Source: a virus
IMG/VR virus record: IMGVR_UViG_3300036799_000070
Location: 1-43,588 of that record
Length of the DNA: 43,588 nucleotides
Direction: 5' to 3' (one strand)
Under the pieces are notes generated by a model, which saw only the letters and a program-made list of their open reading frames with translations, ran no database searches and was not told the DNA's origin. Positions 7,573 to 14,841 of the stretch are shown here, piece by piece. A program made the translations under genes and the position numbers. The first letter of the stretch is position 1, and each line of letters begins with the position of its first letter.

Positions 7573-9801
7573 ATGGACGACAGGATGCTGCAGGCTGCGC
7601 TGCATCTGGCACGCATCGGCGCGCACGTCCTGCCGCTGTGGTGGACGGTTAAAGGTGGTTGCGCGTGTGGCAACCCCATGTGCCAGTCATCGGGGAAGCA
7701 CCCGATTGCCGCGCTTGTTCCGCACGGAGTCAAGAATGCTACAGGTGACCCGCAAACGATTACTGAATGGTGGACTCAATATCCTCACGCCAACATTGGT
7801 GTTGCGTGCGGTCGAGTATCAGGGATCATTGTGCTCGATGTTGATGGCCAAAAGGGATGGGACGCGCTACAGTGGATACTCAACCTTCATAATGCCACGC
7901 TCGAAAGTGAATGGTTTGTCGAGACCGGGCGAGAACAAGGCAGGCACTTCTATTTCGAGTACCCCGCGCAAGGTGTCGTCCCTACGCATAAAATAGAGGG
8001 CTTAGAGCTTCGATCCGATGGTGCTTATGTTGTCGCCCCGCCGTCGCTTCACACATCTGGCAAAGTCTACCAGTGGCGGCACGTCACTAAATCTCTCCCT
8101 GAACTCCCTATCGCACTGCTTGATTTCGCCATACGCAAACTAAAACCGTCCAATCCGCAGCCGGCCATCGCGACACGCTCAGGTGTCAACGAAGCCATAC
8201 TGGCGCCCGATACGGCAAGAGCGCCTCCCGCTTGGAGCGAGGACGAAGAAAACAAAATCATCGAGTGGCTCAAGTGTATACCTCCTGATGATCGAGACGT
8301 GTGGCTCAAAGTAGGGGCTGGTTTGCACTGGACGGGGTGGGGTGCTAGAGCTCGTGAGATATGGGATGCGTGGTCGAGATCATCGAGCAAGTTCGATCCT
8401 GCAGGTCAACAGAAAGCTTGGGATTCGTTCTCACGTCCCTATCCTGGTCCTAAGATCACTCTGGGGACAATCCGTTATCTGGCTGACGTGCATGGCTACA
8501 AATCTCCTGTTAACGACGCAATAGGACAGGTGAACGAACGCTTCTTCATGATTCGAAACATGGGCGGAAAGTGCCTCGTTGGAGAGTTCATTCCTAACCA
8601 GATCGGGACCGGGAAGCAATTGGAACTTTACACCCCGGACAATTTCAAGACGTGGTTTTCCAATCAGCACATGAAAGTAGGCGATAAGATTTACCCATTA
8701 GGCGCCGCGTGGGTATTGAGCAAAGAGCGCCGGCAATATGAGACGGTCATTCTCGACCCCGCCAAGCCGGAAGTGACGGATAAAAACGAGTTGAATTTGT
8801 GGCGCGGGTTTGGAACGAAACCCAAGCAAGGTGAGTGGAAGCATGTCCAAGACCACATCTTTCACGTTCTGGCAGATCAGGATCACAAAGCTTATGAATA
8901 CATTCTCCGCTGGACCGCTTGGAGCATTCAGAATCCTGGGATCATGCCTGAGGTCGCGCTTGTATTTAGGGGTGGGAAGGGAGCTGGAAAGGGATTTTTT
9001 GCCAACGCAATTGCCCGCGTATTTGGTGAGCACGCACTACACATTTTTTCGCAGAGCCACCTTACAGGAAATTTCAATGGCCACTTACGTTCCTGTCTAC
9101 TCCTATACGTGGATGAAGCTTTTTGGGCCGGAGACAAAAAAGGCGAGAGCGTACTCAAAGGACTCATTACAGAAAACGTTCTCATGGTAGAGAAGAAAGG
9201 CATAGATGCCGTGCAATGGCTCAATCGCCTGCACATCATCATGACCGCAAATTCGCAGTGGGTCGTACCCGCGACCGTTGATGAACGTAGGTTCGCCATG
9301 TTCAACGTCAATGATTATTACGCCAAACGGCCCAAAGAGCGCGTGCCTTATTTCAATGACTTGCACCACGAGCTGGGCAACGGCGGGCTCCCGGCGATGC
9401 TATATGACCTGCAGAACTGGAACTTGCAAGACTGGCACCCCCGACAGGTCTATGAGACTGCCGCGCTGTTCGAACAAAAACGTCGGAGTATGGATGCGGT
9501 TGAGCAATGGTTCGATGCGCTCTTGGAGGAGGGTGTATTGCCCGGCTTCAAGCTACCCGGCACACTTAATCTCCCGACCACCAAGGCGTTGCTGGACGAC
9601 TTTCGTGAGCGTGCGCCAAGTGGAGCTAAGTACCTAGCGGGAGAGAAGATCGTCGGGGATTTCCTCCGTACGCTCGACTGTGAGCCCGTGCGCATCAAAG
9701 GGTTCCGCTCTTGGCAACTACGTCCGCTACCACAACTCCGACAAATTTGGATGAATAGGTACGGCTATCGAGACTGGGACATGAAGGAGGACTGGGGATG
9801 A
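7573..9801 (+). CDS. primase-polymerase (AEP) fused to D5/P4-type helicase
   Basis: 742 aa. N-terminal prim-pol motifs GIIVLDVDG, GRHFYF and YVVAPPS, with a CACGNPMC Cys cluster. Central WLKVGAGLHW...WDAWS (PriCT-like). Walker A FRGGKGAGKGFF and Walker B-like LLYVDEA. Confidence 0.85.
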   Translation: MDDRMLQAALHLARIGAHVLPLWWTVKGGCACGNPMCQSSGKHPIAALVPHGVKNATGDPQTITEWWTQYPHANIGVACGRVSGIIVLDVDGQKGWDALQWILNLHNATLESEWFVETGREQGRHFYFEYPAQGVVPTHKIEGLELRSDGAYVVAPPSLHTSGKVYQWRHVTKSLPELPIALLDFAIRKLKPSNPQPAIATRSGVNEAILAPDTARAPPAWSEDEENKIIEWLKCIPPDDRDVWLKVGAGLHWTGWGARAREIWDAWSRSSSKFDPAGQQKAWDSFSRPYPGPKITLGTIRYLADVHGYKSPVNDAIGQVNERFFMIRNMGGKCLVGEFIPNQIGTGKQLELYTPDNFKTWFSNQHMKVGDKIYPLGAAWVLSKERRQYETVILDPAKPEVTDKNELNLWRGFGTKPKQGEWKHVQDHIFHVLADQDHKAYEYILRWTAWSIQNPGIMPEVALVFRGGKGAGKGFFANAIARVFGEHALHIFSQSHLTGNFNGHLRSCLLLYVDEAFWAGDKKGESVLKGLITENVLMVEKKGIDAVQWLNRLHIIMTANSQWVVPATVDERRFAMFNVNDYYAKRPKERVPYFNDLHHELGNGGLPAMLYDLQNWNLQDWHPRQVYETAALFEQKRRSMDAVEQWFDALLEEGVLPGFKLPGTLNLPTTKALLDDFRERAPSGAKYLAGEKIVGDFLRTLDCEPVRIKGFRSWQLRPLPQLRQIWMNRYGYRDWDMKEDWG

Positions 9802-10034
9802 TCGAATTTACAGAGCGTGAATGCGTCCTTTTGCGGCAGTATCAAAGGGCGTGTGAGGGGGAGGACCTGGGAGGGGACGGGTTTACGGCAGAAGCAATCG
9901 CGGCTGCGAATGAAAAAATAGCTCGTGGCTGTGTTCAGTTTTGTCCGCTGTGTAAGGGGTGGGGGTGGTTTTGGAATGATGATAAGAAAGAGGCAGAAAG
10001 ATGCCCTAAACACTTAGAATTTGGAGGTATATGA
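9798..10034 (+). CDS. small zinc-finger protein (CxxCxGxG type)
   Basis: 78 aa, ATGA-coupled to the primase gene. CPLCKGWGW matches the DnaJ-type CxxCxGxG motif, with a further CPKH. Confidence 0.6.
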   Translation: MIEFTERECVLLRQYQRACEGEDLGGDGFTAEAIAAANEKIARGCVQFCPLCKGWGWFWNDDKKEAERCPKHLEFGGI

Positions 10035-10135
10035 TGTTACGTCAAATTCGTATATGGAACATACAAAACGGGTTCGTAGTAACCTATGCAATATGGGCTG
10101 CTGCCATCGTTATTACGCTGCGGCTAATATTCTAG
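10031..10135 (+). CDS. candidate 34-aa hydrophobic peptide (not in ORF track)
   Basis: ATG 10031 overlaps the upstream stop (ATGA) and is preceded by GGAGG at 10024-10028. Product MMLRQIRIWNIQNGFVVTYAIWAAAIVITLRLIF has one predicted TM segment. The 3-prime end overlaps the convergent ATP-grasp gene by 12 nt. Confidence 0.4.
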   Translation: MMLRQIRIWNIQNGFVVTYAIWAAAIVITLRLIF

Positions 10136-11434
10136 TCCCTTAGCGTACCCATGTGCATGCAACAGGGGAAGCTGCTTTTTCAATCGACGTCCAATGTCGG
10201 TCCTGTACATCGGGGAGTTGGGAAGATGGATCGCTTTCAGGCGCTTGTAACAAAGGTCGCTCGCGGCCTTGACCGTTTCGCCGGTCGCCGTCATGACGAG
10301 AACATAATCCCCGGCTGTCACCACGCTTGGAATTTCGGCGATGCTTTCCTTGACTTTATGCGGCGCCACCCCGAACTTGCACTCGCAAAGGTGCGTATAG
10401 GAAGGATCAATAGGCCCATAGATGGGTACCCCGACAACCTCTTTCCGGGTAACGTGCGAATACGGGTAATCTGGCATACTGACGACTACCCCTTGGCATA
10501 CCTTATCACACGAGAAAACACCGGCGTCACTACCGTCGTGGAGCTGTAGAAGCCACTCGGCGGGGTCTCCGTCATGTAGAGGTTGTTGAATGTTGAACGT
10601 AGGCCATCCAGGCCGCATAGTGAATTCTAGGGGCCAGGGAATGCCATGGTCATCGAGGATGCAGTTGACATCGACATACCCGACGTAACGCTCTTTGCTG
10701 AGTTGCGTTTCGAGAGGGACAAGGACTTTAGATGCGAGTTTCGAATTTCGCACGTACCGGAGAACTGTGCCCTGTTCTCCAGTGGCAACGCCCTTGTCGT
10801 CGTTCATCAGCTTCTTGAATTCAAAGTTCTCGCACCATCCGAGATTGAAACCGTGTGGGCCGAACCATCCACCCACTGCCATTTCGATTCCGGGGATAAA
10901 TTCTTGGAGAATGAACGGAAACTTGATCTTTCCAAGTTTCTTCCACCGGGCAAGCATATAAAGCATGTCTTCGGCCGATTTCGCGCAGTACGAGAGAGAT
11001 TTGTCTTCGACTTCCCCGCTAGGCTTGGATACGAGAGGGGCATCCCGCTTCTTGACGTAGGCCACTGCTTCATCGTAGCCACGAAATTCCTTGTATGGTG
11101 GGATGGCGACACCGCCTTTCTTGAAGACATTCATACCGACGTTACGGTCGATCTCCCAAGCGGCAGTGGCGATCGAAGCCCCGACGATCTTGACTCCCTC
11201 CGATCGCCATCTCGTGTCGAGATCGTACGTGTAGCGCGTATTGTCGGTCATAAAGACAAGATTGGCCCAGCGCATCCAGGGCCGATAGTCATCCACGACG
11301 TTGACTAGCCCGCGGCCGATGTGCTTTGTCTTCTCTGTCTGTCGGATCATCAGGCGCACGTCATGCCCCGCCCGCTGAGCCCGCATGGCGAAGTCGAGGC
11401 CGTTGCCTTGGGGATCAACGATCAGGAGTCTCAC
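10124..11434 (-). CDS. PurD-like (phosphoribosylamine-glycine ligase family) ATP-grasp enzyme, divergent
   Basis: 436 aa, GTG start overlapping the upstream stop (GTGA). Collinear with E. coli PurD from memory: MRLLIVDPQGNG vs MKVLVIGNGGRE; APLVSKPSGE vs APIVIKADGL; FILQEFIPGIE vs IVIEEFLDGEE; NDDKGVATGEQGT vs DKDTGPNTGGMG; LEFTMRPGWP vs IEFNCRFGDP; GDYVLVMTATGETV vs GGRVLCVTALGHTV. Confidence 0.7.
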   Translation of the reverse strand: MRLLIVDPQGNGLDFAMRAQRAGHDVRLMIRQTEKTKHIGRGLVNVVDDYRPWMRWANLVFMTDNTRYTYDLDTRWRSEGVKIVGASIATAAWEIDRNVGMNVFKKGGVAIPPYKEFRGYDEAVAYVKKRDAPLVSKPSGEVEDKSLSYCAKSAEDMLYMLARWKKLGKIKFPFILQEFIPGIEMAVGGWFGPHGFNLGWCENFEFKKLMNDDKGVATGEQGTVLRYVRNSKLASKVLVPLETQLSKERYVGYVDVNCILDDHGIPWPLEFTMRPGWPTFNIQQPLHDGDPAEWLLQLHDGSDAGVFSCDKVCQGVVVSMPDYPYSHVTRKEVVGVPIYGPIDPSYTHLCECKFGVAPHKVKESIAEIPSVVTAGDYVLVMTATGETVKAASDLCYKRLKAIHLPNSPMYRTDIGRRLKKQLPLLHAHGYAKGLEY

Positions 11435-11751
11435 GGGTACTCCTTATCTATTTCACTTTTAATAAAACCCCTCCCCATACGAAGCATGTTTATCTCTCTT
11501 CTCATTTCTGATATCAAAGTAGCGTGGCTATTAAGTAACGCACGATCGGATATCTGTTTAATTTGGACTTCCGCCAAGCGGTCAATAGTAGTTTTCATTT
11601 CTTCTATCTTTTCTGTCTGCCGAGAACCGAGGGATTCGAACTTTTCCATTGTTCGACCCACCTTGAAAACAACTACCGCACCTGTGCCAAATATTGCGAT
11701 GATTTCAAGTGCTTTAAGAATATCTCCGATGTCGCTTGTATTTATTCCCAT
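11431..11751 (-). CDS. type II membrane protein with coiled-coil ectodomain (i-spanin-like or holin-like)
   Basis: 106 aa from ATG 11751 (GAAGG upstream). TM segment ILKALEIIAIFGTGAVVVFKV, then a heptad-like region (EKIEEMKTTIDRLAEVQIKQI...). The longer track ORF to 11847 has an implausible N-terminus. Confidence 0.55.
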   Translation of the reverse strand: MGINTSDIGDILKALEIIAIFGTGAVVVFKVGRTMEKFESLGSRQTEKIEEMKTTIDRLAEVQIKQISDRALLNSHATLISEMRREINMLRMGRGFIKSEIDKEYP

Positions 11752-11779
11752 CCTTCTGAATACCCCTTCGACCAGGGCC

Positions 11780-12124
11780 TCATGGTAAAGGGAGGGCGCT
11801 ATTGAGCACCCCCGTGTCACTGTCGATCGTCGCGTGCTGCTGCCCAATCGTCACATTGAGTGCTTGAAGTGCCGTAACGGCCGCGACTACCTCCGGATCA
11901 TTCGGATTGGCCGCTTTCAAGGCCGCTACAACGGTAGGCACGACGTTGTGCAGTGCCGTCACTCTGGCATTGAGCGTCCCGACCGTAGCGCTGAGAGCTG
12001 TAACGGCCACTTTCAGATCGGTTGATGCAGTCATACACAGCCACCCGGGAGGCTTGGGCTCTTGCCACGGACCATCATGGCCGAAGCGGCGAAGACGGTG
12101 CCACAGTCTTCGCCACCAATTCAT
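11780..12124 (-). CDS. hypothetical protein
   Basis: 114 aa. ATG 12124 overlaps the stop of the upstream small ORF (ATGA). Basic W/R-rich N-terminus and A/V/T-rich helical remainder. Confidence 0.5.
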   Translation of the reverse strand: MNWWRRLWHRLRRFGHDGPWQEPKPPGWLCMTASTDLKVAVTALSATVGTLNARVTALHNVVPTVVAALKAANPNDPEVVAAVTALQALNVTIGQQHATIDSDTGVLNSALPLP

Positions 12125-12222
12125 AGCTGCTTATTTTCTGTAAGCAGCTTGTAGATGCCGTAAATGAGATGCCACGGCTTCAGATACCATGGCACTTTTT
12201 TCGGCTGCTCACCAGCAGACAT
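12121..12222 (-). CDS. candidate 33-aa peptide
   Basis: ATG 12222 (MSAGEQPKKVPWYLKPWHLIYGIYKLLTENKQL). Its stop is ATGA-coupled to the next gene. The longer track ORF to 12459 overlaps the signal-peptide gene and looks spurious. Confidence 0.3.
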   Translation of the reverse strand: MSAGEQPKKVPWYLKPWHLIYGIYKLLTENKQL

Positions 12223-12475
12223 ACTTGCCAACTTTCCTGCTCCACCCGCAATTCGACGGTGCTTTCTTTTCAGGAAGCGGCGTGACGACGACGGGAGCAG
12301 AGCAAATAAGGCTCTGTCCAAAGATGTGACAAGTCGGAGGGCCCGGAGGCTTGGTCGGGATCGGACAGCCCCAGACATCATCCGCCAACTTCTGGCAGTC
12401 GGTGTCGTCGGCTTGCGCGAAAGCCGGCACGCTGAGGGCCGACAAGGCGATGAAAGCAAAAAGGATCGTTCTCAT
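12209..12475 (-). CDS. secreted Cys/Pro-rich small protein
   Basis: 88 aa. Sec-type signal peptide MRTILFAFIALSALSVPAFA followed by QADD. The mature part has 6 Cys and a Pro-rich tract. ATGA-coupled to the upstream gene. Confidence 0.65.
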   Translation of the reverse strand: MRTILFAFIALSALSVPAFAQADDTDCQKLADDVWGCPIPTKPPGPPTCHIFGQSLICSAPVVVTPLPEKKAPSNCGWSRKVGKYVCW

Positions 12476-12669
12476 GGCTTCCTCACATGTTTGGCCACGA
12501 CTTCATCGACGGCCTGTTTCAGAGCAGCGTCGTGGTTGACAGGCATTGCACTCATCATGCCGTGCGCCGGAGTTGACGTTTTCTGCGCAAACAGCGCTTC
12601 AATCTCCCTGATAAGCTCCTGAATCGCAGGATTGCTGAACAGTTGGATAACGATGTTGAGCCAGTTCAT
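12472..12669 (-). CDS. hypothetical protein
   Basis: 65-aa ORF in the late-operon orientation. Its stop overlaps the next start. Confidence 0.5.
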   Translation of the reverse strand: MNWLNIVIQLFSNPAIQELIREIEALFAQKTSTPAHGMMSAMPVNHDAALKQAVDEVVAKHVRKP

Positions 12670-12681
12670 TAGCAGTCTCCT

Positions 12682-12927
12682 TTATTTCACTAGAGAAGCC
12701 GCCGACGATGGGGTTATCGTCGTCGTCGAATACGTCTTGAAATACCAAGTTATGAGGCTTTGCACCAGCTGAATTACGATGGGGCCAAGCGCGGCGTATT
12801 GCGGGGGAAGCATGCTGAAAGCCCAGGTTGTCAGGGACAATCCGCTACCGATTACTTGCGTCCAGTTGATCTTCGAAGTCCACGCGGAAGCGACGGGGAC
12901 GGCCACGACGGGTGGGACGGTTACCAT
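12682..12927 (-). CDS. small multi-TM membrane protein (holin candidate)
   Basis: 81 aa, with AAGGAG 6 nt upstream of the ATG. Hydrophobic segments WTQVIGSGLSLTTWAFSML and YAALGPIVIQLVQSLITWYF. Confidence 0.55.
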   Translation of the reverse strand: MVTVPPVVAVPVASAWTSKINWTQVIGSGLSLTTWAFSMLPPQYAALGPIVIQLVQSLITWYFKTYSTTTITPSSAASLVK

Positions 12928-13056
12928 TTTCAGCTCCTTTGTCGATCCAAGCTCTCATAGCTACGGTAGGCAATCCTTTTCACAATTTTCGTCCCGTACA
13001 CCACCGCCAGCGCGGGCGGTTTTTCCAAGCGTACCACAGCAGGTATCGTTGTGCCA

Positions 13057-14841
13057 TCACTCCTCATACAAAGCCGTTGCCGCTCCGCGCCCGGCTTTTC
13101 GCATGAGTTCGTACCAGTCCGGCCCGCCTGTTTTCATAGCCTTTTCTTTTAGCATCTTTTGCACCCCCGGACGATTTACAGTACGCCCCATGGGGCCAGC
13201 AGCCAAAGCGCCCCCTGCTGCCAATTTTGCAGCTAGCCACGGATTTCCCGTTGCAAGATAACCCGCACCGCCCGCCACTGCTCCTGGGATGCTCCAAGGG
13301 GCAGAATGCTCAAAAGGCGTTTCTTGCCGGTATCGGCTGATAACAGCCGACGCATCTCTAACAAGCGGTCCGAGATCGTGCGTATCCTTGGCGTATCGGT
13401 GCTTATTAGCCTCCCCCCCTGTAAGAACTTGCCGCATCGTTTCAGGCTCAACCAACCCCCTTCCGGCAACCTGAGCACTCTGCTTGGCATACCCGCTTTC
13501 GACCATAAGAAGATTAGCATACTGCTTGCGAGCTTCCTCAAAAGAAGCTAGGGCTTCCTTTCGTGCGCCACTTCGCCGAGCGGAACGTGTAGCGGCTTCA
13601 TAAAGCGCTTCTTCAACACGGTTGGCATAGTGCCCTGTAAGCCCGCCTTCTCTTTGCGCGTAACGGATATCAGAATCATGCGCGATCAATTCGTGAAATT
13701 TTTCCCCCGTCATTGCAGAAGGCCCTTTATCTTTGGTAACAAAGCCATCCATTACGTTATCTATCAAATTTGAAATCTTCTTGAAAACGTCAGGATCGAC
13801 CCGTTTATCATTCATTTCCTTCTTTATAGCGTTAAAATCATTCCCTAAATAGGAACCTCCTTTAGGCATTTTACCCGATGCCGCCGAAGATTTAGCAGAA
13901 GCCGCGGAAGGGGCGCGAGGGGCGTAATCCATAACAGGCATATTTGGCAGTGCAGCCTCGAATTTAGCTCCTATATCCTGGTGCGCTTGTTGAAATACAA
14001 CAGGGGTGATTCTATTAGTATTCTGCCCAAAAGATTGCGCCAATTCAGCGGTAAACTGCTCCAACGGAGGCGTTGCAACACCTTCGAAGCTCTGTCCTCC
14101 AAAAGGCGCATCTCCTCCACGCTGCGCACGTCGAAGCCACGGAGAATTTGCTACGTCGCCTGCGTGCGGTTCTATACCATGTTGTTCCCGAAGTGTCCTG
14201 ACAAGCGCTTGCTGTTCCGGGGTAGCACGAGGCATCATCGACCGAGCTGCACCACCAGCGGCGGATGATCCTAGAGCACCAATCCCGCCGCCTATGATTT
14301 CTCCAGGCTTGCCGCCAATTTGTCCACCAAAATAAGACCCGAGGCCGGACGCCCCTGCAAGCCCCATTAATCGACTCCCCCCCTTCACAAGTGAAGATAG
14401 ACCTGCCCCCGCCCCCGCAAGTTCTGGACCTGCGTATGAAATAGGGTCCCCCGCAAACTTGCCGGCGGTCCTCGACGCATCTCCGAACCCAGATTGGGAT
14501 TGGTAAAGATGTGGCTGAAATCTCTCAATTGCTTGCTCAGCACTCGGCGCTCCCGTTGGCGCTCCCCCCGATTGCTGCGCTAATTCCGCCTGTCCTTCAC
14601 GAGCTGCGGTTCCAATCACTCCTTCCGCCACCCCGCTCGTCAGAGATTTAAGCATGTCCGGCAGCATGTTTGGAGTTTGCCCACGTCCACGCCCCGGTTT
14701 TACAGCTCCAGCAACGCGAGACGCAGCCGCCTCTCGCGCTCCAGCAGCCTCACTCGACCCAAAAAGGATCGAGTCCAAGTCAGGCTTAGACTTCTTTTCT
14801 TCTCCAAAAAGGATGCTGTCGAGACTAGGACGGTCAGCCAT
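13057..14841 (-). CDS. G/A/S-rich hypothetical protein (putative internal virion/ejection protein)
   Basis: 594 aa from ATG 14841 (TGATG overlap; the track starts at GTG 14844). N-terminal duplicated SLDSILFG / DLDSILFG. Gly-rich stretches such as GGQIGGKPGEIIGGGIGALGSS. Position after the tail genes matches podovirus internal proteins. Confidence 0.6.
   Translation of the reverse strand: MADRPSLDSILFGEEKKSKPDLDSILFGSSEAAGAREAAASRVAGAVKPGRGRGQTPNMLPDMLKSLTSGVAEGVIGTAAREGQAELAQQSGGAPTGAPSAEQAIERFQPHLYQSQSGFGDASRTAGKFAGDPISYAGPELAGAGAGLSSLVKGGSRLMGLAGASGLGSYFGGQIGGKPGEIIGGGIGALGSSAAGGAARSMMPRATPEQQALVRTLREQHGIEPHAGDVANSPWLRRAQRGGDAPFGGQSFEGVATPPLEQFTAELAQSFGQNTNRITPVVFQQAHQDIGAKFEAALPNMPVMDYAPRAPSAASAKSSAASGKMPKGGSYLGNDFNAIKKEMNDKRVDPDVFKKISNLIDNVMDGFVTKDKGPSAMTGEKFHELIAHDSDIRYAQREGGLTGHYANRVEEALYEAATRSARRSGARKEALASFEEARKQYANLLMVESGYAKQSAQVAGRGLVEPETMRQVLTGGEANKHRYAKDTHDLGPLVRDASAVISRYRQETPFEHSAPWSIPGAVAGGAGYLATGNPWLAAKLAAGGALAAGPMGRTVNRPGVQKMLKEKAMKTGGPDWYELMRKAGRGAATALYEE

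Noticed and set aside
10035-10123. Bidirectional terminator between the convergent early and late arms
   Set aside because: No GC-rich inverted repeat or T-run was seen. The interval is largely occupied by the candidate 34-codon ORF.
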